Position numbers and translations under genes: made by a program. A DNA stretch of 64,000 nt, from NCBI GenBank assembly GCA_964016885.1, contig OZ024741.1, positions 107,322,001 through 107,386,000 on the forward strand, read 5' to 3'. Below are positions 14,604 through 28,201 of the stretch, one piece after another (position 1 is the first letter of the stretch; each line of letters opens with the position of its first letter). The notes beneath the pieces were generated by a model that did not search any database, had not been told where the DNA came from, and saw only the letters and a list, made by a program, of their open reading frames with translations. Source of the DNA: Eledone cirrhosa. Its lineage: Eukaryota.

Positions 14604-14889
14604 GATGAAATATATGGAGAATAGAAATGGGTGTGTAGTTGCTATTTAAGGTAACTTAAAATGCAGTGGCAATACGAAGAAAGCAAGAACAGGAGGGGGG
14701 GGGGATCCCATCAGTTGTCTACTGGCAGTCTCGGATATTTCTACGCTTCAAAGACAAGATACCACTTCATCCCAGGGCTTCAATAATTAGAAAAGTTATT
14801 GAGAAAACGAAGGAATGAGGGAAGGAAAGCAAAGGGGAAGAAAATATGTATATCATAATCAAATGAAGCAACGGAGTAAAGGACTCGCG

Positions 14890-14924
<35 letters not shown>

Positions 14925-14927
<3 letters not shown>

Positions 14928-15207
14928 GTGAAGCAATTAAAACGTTAGGGGTTTCAGGGAAAATAGGGTTTGAAAAAAGCAGTGACTTTGTTTATATCGT
15001 TTTGAAAAAAATGTTCATTATAGTCTTGCGAAAAATGTTTTCGATAGACTATAACGAACAACATTTGAAAAGGCTCTAATGAAAGGTCTAACCGGTAAAG
15101 GTAAAGAAAAATATATAAATAATCATCAAATTATTGGTACAGTAATACAGAAACATTCTAAATAACTAAAAGGTCAGTCACTGCTTTTTTCAAACCCTAT
15201 TTTCCCT
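14925..15207. mobile_element. Small fold-back element in (TA)n
   Basis: 32-bp perfect inverted arms 14956-14987 / 15176-15207 plus a ~30-nt tail. Confidence 0.55.
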
Positions 15208-15258
15208 ATATATATAACATATGCATATACGTATGGATGCAAGTATATTTATATGTAA

Positions 15259-15289
<31 letters not shown>

Positions 15290-15290
15290 T

Positions 15291-15492
15291 ATAGGAACAA
15301 GTAAGACCCCGACGGCTGAGCTCAAGCCGTTTCGACGGCTAATTCTGGACAATTTGGTCCAGAATTAGCCGTCGAAACGGCTTGAGCTCAGCCGTCGGGG
15401 TCTTATTTGTTCCTATTACCCACTCTACTACCCTAAGTATTGAGTACTTTGGTGCGTTATGGTCCACCTGGTTCCTTACCACATTTCCTTCG

Positions 15493-15494
<2 letters not shown>
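15291..15494 (+). mobile_element. Solo inverted-pLTR hairpin of the Penelope-like family at 27382-29435
   Basis: 60-bp arms 15291-15350 / 15357-15416 and a ~78-nt tail nearly identical to 29358-29435. Contains the 3' half of the hammerhead (GAAA-cggct tgagctc agccg-TC-gggg). Confidence 0.9.
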
Positions 15495-15574
<80 letters not shown>

Positions 15575-16005
15575 ATGTATGTGTGTATGTATGCATGTAT
15601 GTATGTATGTATGTATACTTGTAAATATGTATCTATGTAAGAATCTATATATGTATGACTACATATGCATGTATGTATAGATATATTTATGTCTTCTACA
15701 TAATAGTCCTATGTACTTTAATCACTTCCAGCCAACGACGGTGATAGCTTTATGGCTGTCGTTAAAAGATCTCATCATTTATACTCATTATGTATTCTCA
15801 TTTAAATACTTAAATAAATATGATATATCGGTGATATTAATACGTTTATATAACGATACTCCGCCCAACTAACAATTTACAAAGATATTAAACGAAAAAT
15901 AAAGTGGATATCTGAAAGTATCACATAGCCTGCCAGGAAATTCATAACTCCACAGGCACTCGCTGGCCATAAAAGTGTAAAATAAATATATCTTATATAT
16001 CCCAT

Positions 16006-16088
<83 letters not shown>

Positions 16089-16109
16089 CACATATATATA
16101 TATATATAA

Positions 16110-16187
<78 letters not shown>

Positions 16188-16194
16188 TATATAC

Positions 16195-16287
<93 letters not shown>

Positions 16288-16288
16288 C

Positions 16289-16370
<82 letters not shown>

Positions 16371-18372
16371 ACGCATGGTCTTCAACAAACACACGTTGCC
16401 CAGGCTTGTGCCTCGAGGGGAAATTTCTAGGTGCAAAAACCATAGTCATTTGAGACCGAAGGTGCCTCTCTTTCTCTCTCTGTTTATATATATATATATA
16501 TAAATATATATATGTATATATATATATATGCGTGTGTGTGTATATATATATGTATATATTCATATATATATGTGTTTATAGATATGTCTATGTGTGTGTC
16601 TGAGTGTATATGTGTATGTGCGCGTGTGTGTGCATCTGCGATAAACCACCCTCACTGCCTATGCCGAGTGTTCCAGTTGGTTTTTAAACGAAACTGCCTA
16701 TCCGTAAATTTGCCTGCAAGTCGCCGAGCATTGCACAGATTCATGTACACTGAAAATAATTCTCAAGGAGAATCAGCGGAACTGAATGTGTGACAATGCT
16801 GGCCTTTCGAATTATAAATACAACTCATGTTTGCTGGCTGGGTGGACTGGAACATGAAATAAAATGCCTTGCTCAATATAACAATCTACAGGCTGGAAGC
16901 GAACAACTTAAAATACAAACATCAAGTCTGCATGTATCTATAATATACATAAACATAAACATATTCTATATGGGTTTATATGCACTTCTATATTGACTCA
17001 CGTAGTGTTAATGCTACCGCAAATTGTAACTAGCCAACCAGTAATAACATATATAAAACGTTCGGGTTCGTCATATGTCAACATCTCGTAGTTAAGCGTT
17101 GCTAATTTTAGATTAAAAAAACTGAAAGACATATATGCAGCACCTTTACACCTGTACTGAGGTAGCTGTTATATCATCACAACTTAAACTATTCAAAGCG
17201 ATATTAAAGTATAATTATTATACATAAATATATTGCATATGGCTGTATATATACCTTTATCCAGAATCACCCTGTGTTACTTCTGGATAGGTAGTTCTAA
17301 ATAACTGAAAAAACTATCACTCGTTGAATGTAAGGCGGAATCCATTCGTGTTTTTTTTTTAATTTTATTTAAATATTTGTTTCAGTTACATTGCTTTTAC
17401 TTTTTAAATAGAGTTGTTTTTGTTCATTACACATCATCAGTTACTGTAATATTACACTGTCAGTTGATTGGAGACAATAGTTAGAAGATTTATATAATAG
17501 TTGAGCATTACAATTCAACGTGTTATAGCTTCAAAATAAATATCACCCTTCATTTAAATCGGCTGTCACTGTGGCACCACATAGCATCTAAAATATGGAA
17601 ACGACGGCGTCATTTCTGGCAGAACGACTTGCCAAAAGGATTAGTAGGCTGTATAGCTAACAATTTGAACATTTCACATAAAAACGAACACACACATACA
17701 TAAACACACACATGTGAGCGCGGACGCGTACATAGACACAAACATACTTCAACAGACAAATAGAGGTGGATTTCCATACACGCAAATACACACAGGCACA
17801 AAAAATAGGTATGTATGTATATTCTCCCCGCCCCCTCTTTATATATATATATATATATATATTAAAATTATTATTATTATTATTAGTCACATAACATTTA
17901 AACATTATTCTGAAGTTAAATATAGGCTTACGTTGAGGACGCCTGGCATTATCTCTATCTCTTCACCCCCCCCTCTCTCTCTCTATGTATATATATATAT
18001 ATATAAATTTATAAAGTTACCTGTCTCTAATACTTAGACATCTGAATGAAAGGATAAGATATATTAATAAATTATCTACTGATACATATTATGTATGCAT
18101 CATACAAAATCAACCTACTTACACACACGAGTATACAAATAATTCTTCTATTTTCCGGTCGAGCCGGCTGAAAGCGCTGTATGCAAATGAGACTAATCAG
18201 CCCATGTACATAGCTGTCAAAACTGTATGTTTTCGCCTATATTGAGCTCCACAATTCATTGTTGAAAGCTTTGAAATGTTTATTCATAAACATACCGTAT
18301 ATCGCTAGATACACAAAATAATCATACACTGCTATGTTTGAGCAAACACCTTATATATATACATACATACAT

Positions 18373-18464
<92 letters not shown>

Positions 18465-18480
18465 TTATATATATATATAT

Positions 18481-18808
18481 AATAGGTAGTTCAGTATATT
18501 CGTGGTTTACTGAGGAAGTTGCGAAAATCAGCACTCAATGCTCAGGAAGAGTGTATATATTGAAAACAAAGCGAGGTTTCACATTAAGGTCCTTATTGAT
18601 TATACACAGCTACAACCGTTTCACAGCTAGATATCTCAGGATCTATATAAATACTATAGAACCAACTCCAGCCTAGTTTGCTCTTAATGTTGAGCAGATG
18701 GGGCTAGAGTCGCGTCTATAGCATTTATATAGACCCTGAGCCACCCATCTGTGAAACAATCGTAACTGTTTATAATCAATAAGGACCTTAATGTGAAACC
18801 TTGCTTTT
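18481..18808. mobile_element. Fold-back Penelope-like mini-element with decayed hammerhead
   Basis: Arms ~18568-18660 / ~18715-18808, tail 18481-18567. Decayed fold aTGtTGAG-cagatggg...cccatctg-t-GAAA-caatcGTA. Confidence 0.65.
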
Positions 18809-19412
18809 ATATATTATATCACTCCCCAATACAAGATACTACACAGAAATAAAAAAAACTTTCTATACAATATACACACTACTTCCGTCCTACACATACA
18901 TAGCAATATTCAATATACACACCATTTTGTTTTGTGGCCTTCAATAACCCTCACTAATCTAACTAACATCTTAAATATGCATCAACTTTACTACGATAAT
19001 CTGACCAATTAACACTAGGGGTCATCACATGTCGTTTATGACACATTCTTTCTTTTTTTCTATTTTTTCTTTCTTTTTTTCTTTCTTTTTTTCTTTCTTT
19101 TTCCCACCCCCATCACCCACCACTATCTCTTCCATTCCTTTTTTTAATAGAAGTGGTAAAAGCTCTGATGGGTCTAGTTATTTATTCGTTTGGGAGCAGG
19201 GGTGAGGTATGATGAAGTATTGGTGGTAGTGGTGTCGTTAACGGTGGTGTTGGCAGTATTATGTATGCATGTGTGTGTGTGTATATATATGTATGTATAT
19301 ATATATGTATGTTATATAAAATAACACTGTTTACATATCGAGGGCTCATCCTTAGGTAATTACAAATCACACTCATATATGTATGTGGTTATCCCCGATT
19401 TAACTTGGGATT

Positions 19413-19482
<70 letters not shown>

Positions 19483-19485
<3 letters not shown>

Positions 19486-20091
19486 TGGCTGCCAACTCGT
19501 TTTCGAGTACGGCCACTACTTTATATCCATGTAGGAGAACCCCTACTGATGCGCTGAACGAGTGTGACTTTTTAGTCCAGCCAGCGACTTGAAAGCTCTG
19601 GTACAAACACTACACTTGTGACAATTATTGACACATAGTGCTGGGCCCATGGTACCATGTGACGACAAATGCAGTGAGATCTCCAGATATAAAGCAATGC
19701 CTGTGCCGTGAAGCTTTTATAGTGAGCAAAGGCACTGCACAAAGCCAGTCCCACTCTCTTAACCAAGATGATATTTACCAAAAAGAAGAACAAGTCAACA
19801 TCATTGGATACCATCAGGGTTGCAGGTGTTATATCAGAGTTTTCCTTCTCCTAGAATTCTGCCTTGACAAAGGCTAAGGGATCATCTCTCCCGGTGATTT
19901 TGGATGGGCATTGACTCTTAAGAGCTCCTTTGCCTTTTGACAGGTTTTGTTTTTAGTCCTGCAGGATGTCCAAAGTCACCCTCCTCACCAAGAAACCTTG
20001 GTGGGGTTGCCAGTTTAGTCGCCAACGACCCGACCATGGGACAGGTTGTACTGGAATACATGTTACCAGTAGCACCAACTGGTGACCTGAC
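19483..20091 (-). mobile_element. Non-coding element homologous to the RTE 5' UTR
   Basis: The reverse complement of ~19690-19890 aligns by eye with 35660-35880 (ctaggagaagg...gatgttga...gagagtggga.tggct...cacaggcattgc). Confidence 0.7.
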
Positions 20092-20115
20092 ATGTATATA
20101 TATATGTATACACAC

Positions 20116-20195
<80 letters not shown>

Positions 20196-20256
20196 GTATA
20201 TATATGTATATATATGTATATATGTATATATACATATATATACATATCTATCTCTT

Positions 20257-20287
<31 letters not shown>

Positions 20288-20298
20288 GTGTATATATA

Positions 20299-20834
20299 AC
20301 GGCGATGAATTAGTTTTGTGAGGTTTTTTTATATGAAATCGTGTGTCGAAACAAATATTGTTATACTTGGGGAGGGTCATATTTGTGTAATATTGCCAGA
20401 ATTAATAACAGAACACACTCACTGTTTGGTTGGTTTTCGCTTTTCGCTTCTGTGTCTTTTATATCAGTAATCTAATATACTCGGTCCTCAATGTTGCCAT
20501 TGACTGACCGACGGTCAAAAATAATACAGATACAATATAGACACAAACACATATATATATAGTTTATCATAAATCTTTCGTTGCACATCTGCAACATCAT
20601 CAGTGGTGCTATTGTTTCCTCCTGTTGAATTGTATGGCTACGCCATTTTTATATTGTATCTGTATTATTTTTGACCGTCAGTCAGTCAATGGCAACATTG
20701 AGGACCGAGTATATTAGATTACCGATATAAAAGACACAGAAGCGAAAAGCGAAAACCAACCAAACAGTGAGTGTGTTCTGTTATTAATTCTGGCAATATT
20801 ACACAAATATGACCCTCCCCAAGTATAACAATAT
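20299..20834 (-). mobile_element. Fold-back Penelope-like mini-element with hammerhead core in the spacer
   Basis: ~185-bp near-perfect arms 20355-20539 / 20650-20834, tail 20299-20354. Minus-strand CTGATGA-t-gttgca gatg tgcaac-GAAA at 20576-20603. The same terminus recurs at ~24690-24715. Confidence 0.8.
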
Positions 20835-20842
20835 GTGTATAA

Positions 20843-20939
<97 letters not shown>

Positions 20940-21039
20940 GAAGAGAGAAGAAACATTTAGATATAATTAGTAATAAAATGTATCATACCTAAACTGCTCC
21001 TGTATATGTGTGTGTCCGCATGTATCTGTGTGTTTCTAA

Positions 21040-22021
<982 letters not shown>

Positions 22022-22305
22022 GTGGATCAATTGTTGGTTTAACAGGAAATATGGATGATGTCTAAAATCGACTATAGTCATTTAGTTTATAGTTGGCTTG
22101 AGTTCAAGGCTGGCTTATATTTTCTGAGTGTTGTCTTTAAGTTTTAGGTCAATCAACGGTCGTATTTCATTGTTAGCTTTGAGTTTGTTCTACATGTATT
22201 TACGTTTATGTTTGGGCAGTTGACAGTTTTATTTACCCCCCCCCCCCCACACACACACACATATCTGCATATATATATATATCTTTGTTTTCTTTATCAT
22301 TACAG

Positions 22306-23325
22306 GTTTGGTTCCAAAATAGACGAGCAAAATGGAGGAAAAAAGAAAACACGAAAAAGGGTCCAGGCCGACCAGCGCATAATGCGCAGCCGCAGACGTG
22401 TAGTGGAGAACCTATGGATCCGGAAGAAATTAAGAGGCGTGAGATGGAACGTGTGGAGAAGAAGCGAAGAAAACAAGAAGAACGCTTGAAGAAACTGGAA
22501 GATCGACGCAGGTCTACGGCGGTTGACAAAAACGGAACCGCGTATGATAGTAATGGAAAGATCACTTTAAAACTTAGCTCAGGAGATGAAACTTGTTCAC
22601 AAGACAGCTATTTAACTTTAGGTCATTCTCCAGACTCTAACCAGGAGAACAACAATAATTTTGACAAAATTCCTTTGGATCGAACGAATAAATGCCCATT
22701 TAGTATAGAAAGTATATTAGAAGCACCGAAAGTTCCGCGTGGCAGGCGACCAAATTGGAAGTACCCTCGCGTACAAGCGAGTAAATCGGTGAACCCGTTC
22801 GCGTTAGGGATGGTACCTTTGTACCCCGTCACCCAGCCGGTGGGCTTCGTCGTTGAACAGATAGCATTGTGCAGTAAAAACGAAGGAGATTACAAACAGG
22901 TACATCAAGACGACCTGAGCGGTGAGATTATTGATATTGTGAGCGATGATAATAATACAACATTGGACAACAGCTGTTGTTTACCTCGGTCTAACCACAG
23001 CACGTCAACTATGCCCATCACACCGACAATGACAGCGAAAACGACGACGACGAACTCGTCGTCAACAACGACGACGGAAATAACAGCGGCGGCGGTGGCA
23101 GCGGCGGCAGCGGCGGCGGCGGCAGTGGCGGCCGAAACAACAATAGCAAGAGCAACAGGAACAACAGCATCATCACCATTATCATCATCATTATCATTAT
23201 CATCAAATAAAACAATTACTGTAACAGTTCGTAACGACTGCATACCCAATTTTCAACAGAACTGTACAGCGGGTTTATTAACAGGAGATGATTCTTCTTG
23301 CCGGTCCTCTTCGAGTTCTTGTTAA
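22306..23325 (+). CDS. unc-4: UNC-4/Uncx PRD-class homeobox protein, last coding exon
   Basis: Acceptor tttctttatcattacag followed by VWFQNRRAKWRKKENTKKGPGRPAHNAQPQTCSGEPMDPEEI, which is homeodomain helix 3 plus the Uncx-diagnostic extension. Phase-0 Q/V intron typical of the PRD class. eh1 motif FSIESIL. Poly-Ala tract. TAA at 23323-23325 followed by many AATAAA. Confidence 0.93.
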   Translation, partial: VWFQNRRAKWRKKENTKKGPGRPAHNAQPQTCSGEPMDPEEIKRREMERVEKKRRKQEERLKKLEDRRRSTAVDKNGTAYDSNGKITLKLSSGDETCSQDSYLTLGHSPDSNQENNNNFDKIPLDRTNKCPFSIESILEAPKVPRGRRPNWKYPRVQASKSVNPFALGMVPLYPVTQPVGFVVEQIALCSKNEGDYKQVHQDDLSGEIIDIVSDDNNTTLDNSCCLPRSNHSTSTMPITPTMTAKTTTTNSSSTTTTEITAAAVAAAAAAAAAVAAETTIARATGTTASSPLSSSLSLSSNKTITVTVRNDCIPNFQQNCTAGLLTGDDSSCRSSSSSC

Positions 23326-23348
23326 GGAGTAAATAAATAAATAAATAA

Positions 23349-23379
<31 letters not shown>

Positions 23380-23688
23380 TAAAAGACTAAAATAAACATA
23401 CATTTGAAAATAAAAATTAAAGAAAAAGTTCATAAATAAAGAAACATGCAATAAAGAAAAAAAATATATAGAACAACATAAAGCATTTCATATTGAAACA
23501 GATGTAATAAAGACACAAAGATAAACATTAACATCGGGTAAATTAATTCATGTTTAATTAAATAAATAATTATTTAAATAAATATAACAACACGTGACTC
23601 AGTGATATAAAATATATATATATATGAAAAATATATAAATCTAAAAGTGAAACTGCGACATAAACAGTAACTATATATACATATATAT

Positions 23689-23807
<119 letters not shown>

Positions 23808-24076
23808 GTTTATATATGTTGTAAATATATTCACAAACAAAAATGAGAGTACTCAATACGTTGTCCGAAATGAATATATTTATTATAAAGAAACACTAAT
23901 GCTTTTCCATGATTTTAAGTTACTTGCTAAACAGAGTGTATTTCAGATGGATAGAATTCCAGCGAAAACTTTGATTTCAATCACCTCTATGTGTTTAACA
24001 TGAAACATAACTCCATTTAAAAGTATTAATGCTTACATACAAACATACATACATAAATATATAAATACATACAGAC

Positions 24077-24117
<41 letters not shown>

Positions 24118-24547
24118 AACAGACCTACAGACACGCAAACAGAAACATATATATATATATATACATAGCAATGAAGGAAATAATATATATGGATTTGAAA
24201 ATCGATTACATTTGAAAAACAAAAATAGCAAAAAAAAAGAAGTGAAAAGAAAAACCCCAAAACAATTGAGATCAATACAATAACAATAACAATAAAAATA
24301 ACAATAAAAACAACAACAACTAAAAACAAACCAAAACAATCAATTAAATCTATATCCATTGACTCCAATTAAAACTGTATTTGTGAAAATTTAAAGCAAG
24401 ATATACAAATCTTTAATTTCCGTGTGTTTTTTTCAAGTTCAAATTGTTTTTAAATTCTATTGTTTGTTTTGAGTGTGTTGCTGCAAATACCAATGTGTTT
24501 ATATATTAATTACAGAGTTATCAACATATCATATTACTAAATACATC

Positions 24548-24637
<90 letters not shown>

Positions 24638-24952
24638 GTTTTTTGAATTTGTTTAGCAAGATTCTTTATCCGAAAAAGTGTGTTGGCAACATGACCCTCC
24701 CAAAGTATAACAATATATATATATATATGTACATTCACTTATTATGGCTATTGGCGAGCTTTGTTACTCTAAAGTTGCACCTGCATACTTACCGTATCAC
24801 CAGTCTTATCTGGTGAGTACGAACGCAGCAGATAAAAAGAGCGCTCATTAAACTGAGTTATTTAACTCATATTTTATACAAGCTTAATTTTAAAAAAAGA
24901 CATATACTGAGGCATAAATATAACACCTGTACACACCTGTACACACACACAA

Positions 24953-25152
24953 TCTACCAATATATTACTAAAAGTCTGTGAGTGCTTGCTTGCTTGATTG
25001 TCTGTAATATAATACAGCCAAAAGGGCGCATAATGGGAAAAGAAGTTGAAAAGAAGTTGACCCTGAAATAGGAATACAAATGGAATAAAACAAGTTTCGC
25101 ATAAATCGGAGCACGGATTTCCGAGATATGGGGTTTTTACGGGTACCTTCAT

Positions 25153-25193
<41 letters not shown>

Positions 25194-25344
25194 TTGTGAG
25201 AGAGTAGATTGAAATAGAGAACAGAGAGAGGGAGAGGAGATAGAGAAGGAGAATGGAAGAAAGAGTGAGAGCTGGTGGTGTTGTGTATATATATGTGTGT
25301 GTGTGTGTGTGTCTATGACCAGAGTATATGGATCACACAGTCAC

Positions 25345-25386
<42 letters not shown>

Positions 25387-25590
25387 GCACATACATATAT
25401 ATATATATGTATACACACACACCCATTTATATATATACATACACACACGTATATATATGGGCCTTCCAGTTTCATTTCACGTTATATACATGTGTGTATA
25501 TTTAATTATTTAAAAATTATTTTTAAGTGAACATGATTTAAAATAAATATTTTGAAGTGAACGTGACCGAACGGGTCACGGGTGGTCTAG
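24953..25590 (+). mobile_element. Non-autonomous Helitron
   Basis: a|TCtacc start, 3' hairpin cgtgacc gaac gggtcacg, terminal CTAG|t, internal microsatellites. Confidence 0.82.
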
Positions 25591-25594
25591 TAGA

Positions 25595-25780
25595 CTACTA
25601 AAACTCTACAATTGCTTGCTTGCTTGTTTGTAATGTAATACACCCAAAAGGGCGCATAATGGGAAAATACTTTGAAAGGAAGTTGCCCCTGAAATGGGGA
25701 TACAAATGGAATATAACAAGTTTCGCGTAAATCGGAACTCGGGTTCACGAGATATGGGGTTTTTCCAGGTACCTTCATAA

Positions 25781-25823
<43 letters not shown>

Positions 25824-25858
25824 GAAATAGTGGTTGTGAGAGAGTAGATTGAAATAGA

Positions 25859-25860
<2 letters not shown>
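25595..25860 (+). mobile_element. Second, partial copy of the same Helitron 5' region
   Basis: Diverged direct repeat of ~24965-25220 (caaaagggcgcataatgggaaaa...gtaccttcataaaca(ga)n...gtagattgaaatagaga). Confidence 0.8.
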
Positions 25861-25930
<70 letters not shown>

Positions 25931-25932
<2 letters not shown>

Positions 25933-26695
25933 GGGCGCTGGAAGCATTTCTGAATTGGGGAGGGGCCAAATTTGGACAATTTAGTTGTAGTGATTAATTT
26001 ACCTCTTTGCACTCTAAAATGGTCAGAAAACTTCGATATGTGATATACATAACATGTACATAAATTGTAGCGCATATCCAAATAGATGTGTGTTTTGGTA
26101 GTTTGGGGAGAAAATATGATTACTGGAGGGGGAAATTCCCTCCCTATATCAATTACCACCAAAATATCCCCCTCTCTCCATATCAACCATACAGCACTGT
26201 TTCACATTCTCTCTCACTCTATTCATTACCACCAATCTCTCCCCATCTCTACATCAACCATACAACACTCTCTCTCAATACCCCTCTCTATATCAATTAA
26301 TACCAAACTCTCCCCCTCTCTATATCTACTACACGGAACACTCTTCCAATATCAATTAACACCAAACTCTCTCCCTCTCTTCATCAACCCGACAACACAC
26401 TCTTCCAATCCCCCTTTCTATATCAATTACCACCAAACTCTCCCCCTCTCTATATCAGTTAGCACCAAAATCTCTCCCGATCTATAACGACTACACAAAA
26501 CTCTCTTCCAATCCCCCTCTCTATATCAATAAACATCAATCTCTCCCCCTCTCTATATTTACATCTATCTCTACATAACATGTACTTAAATTGTAGTGCA
26601 TATAGAAATAATTGTATGTTTTAGTAGTTTGGTGAGAAAAATATGACTACTGGGGGGTGGGGGCATGCCCCCCTCCACCAGTTCCACTTCCCCTG
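25931..26695. mobile_element. TIR-bounded non-autonomous DNA transposon (hAT-like) with an internal minisatellite
   Basis: Ends aggggcgctggaa / ttccacttcccctg. ~80-bp direct repeat at ~26048 and ~26572. Degenerate ctctatatcaattaccaccaaactctcccc tandem array. Confidence 0.6.
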
Positions 26696-26989
26696 CATAT
26701 ATATATGTATGTCCGTATATATATATGATGGACTCTCCCGTCGGTATCCCACGTATGAGTGTCCAACAAAAGTTGATGCGAGCAAGTTAACTGATGTTGA
26801 ACTACCCACACAAAGATTTGTTTTAATTTTAAGTGGTGAAGGCTTGTGTAGGACCAACCACAATTTTTGGAACTGACCACACATATCTTCGGTGCAAATA
26901 TTTGCTACGGGAAATAGAACGACAGCCCTCAGCTTTTTACACCTCGGAGTTTAAACTCTCCGTAAAAAAAGAAGAAAAAAATACTATTT

Positions 26990-27182
26990 GGATGGCCGTT
27001 GACTCTACTGAGTTCCTCCGCCCTTTGCCGGGTCTTGTATTTCATCACGCAGGGTGTCCAAATAACACCCTCCTCATCAAGCAAGCTTGGTGGGGTTGCC
27101 GGTATACTTGGCGACAACCCAACCATGAGACCGTTTGTACTGGGTTACGTGATACCAGTAGCACTCGAGAGCGATCTGACAA
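26990..27182 (-). mobile_element. Second RTE-5'-end-related fragment
   Basis: caccctcctca..aag.aa.cttggtggggttgcc...accatg.gac...tgtactgg...taccagtagcac is shared with 19960-20091. Confidence 0.6.
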
Positions 27183-27316
27183 TATATATATATATGCCCT
27201 TGTCTCTTGTCTATTGTATATATGTATATAAAATCTCTATATAACGAAGTCGTCCCATGGACTGAGCGCTCTACTTACTGCGTGTTCGACCACTCTATCT
27301 ATCTATCTCCCCCTCT

Positions 27317-27384
<68 letters not shown>

Positions 27385-27417
27385 CGAGTAGGACCCCGAC
27401 GGCTGAGCTCAAGCCGT

Positions 27418-28201
27418 TATTACAACCAGGCCCTCAAGCGGAGTGGTTTCCGGGAGGAAATATCCTACTGTCCAGCTTCCATTAGCGGAACCAGCAGGCG
27501 ACACCGCCGATCACGCAATATAACATGGTTCAATCCTCCCCACAACGCCGAGGTGACAACTCCTATCGGGAAAATCTTCTTTAGGCTCATTGAAAAACAC
27601 TTCCCACTACAACATAATTAACAAACATACCATCAAACTCTCCTACAGCACCACACCAAACTTTGCACAAAACATCGTCTCCTCTAACAACAAAAAACTC
27701 AACCCCTATGGAAGAAATAACCTAAATAGCAGTGGAGAGCCGACCAGGAGATGCAACTGTCCTGATGGATCCATTTGCCCCCTCGACAACAGATGCAGAG
27801 ATCGTAATGTGATCTACCAGTGCAACGTGAGGACGGACACCTCCAACAAAGCTTATATAGGATTAACCGCATGTGACTTCAAGACCCGGCTATACCAACA
27901 CAGACATACCTTCCGAAACCCGGCCCGGCGTCACGCCACTACACTTTCGGGCCACATCTGGGACCTCAAGGATAACAATATTACCTATGATCTCACTTGG
28001 AGCTTACTGTTCAGAGCCAACTCTTAAACGGGAGGACGCCGTCCGTGCAATTTATGCTCGGAGGAAACTTTACAAATGCTGTTTTCGACGGACCAACTCC
28101 TAAACAAGAAAGATGAACTGGTAACTGCATGCAAACACAGATTGCGTAGGACTTACCTCGCCCTCAAACCCCATAATGACCCCGGGAGGGGGGGGGGGTA
28201 G
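27418..28201 (+). pseudogene. Penelope RT thumb/linker plus GIY-YIG endonuclease, disrupted
   Basis: RNITWFNPP...IGKIFFRLIEKHFP, frameshift ~27615, IKLSYS...CNCPDGSICPLDNRC..VIYQC..AYIGLT..FKTRLYQH...LSGHIW, stop 28025-28027, then CNLCSEE...LLNKKDELVTACKH. Confidence 0.88.

Noticed and set aside
15072-15100. ctaatga...ggtaaa as a hammerhead in the 14925 element
   Set aside because: Both core segments deviate and the stems are unconvincing.
16640-16910. Possible second SINE family (also ~1050-1200 and ~31240-31360)
   Set aside because: Too degenerate to delimit or classify by eye.
20005-20055. Possible HDV-like ribozyme at the RTE-related 5' end (minus strand ccagt...gtcgttggcgac-taa-actgg)
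   Set aside because: L3 is too short, P1 was not found, and the pairing is not kept in the related copy at ~27090-27150.
22285-22305. ORF-track start MFSLSLQ for the homeobox ORF
   Set aside because: This is the polypyrimidine tract and acceptor. The exon begins at 22306.
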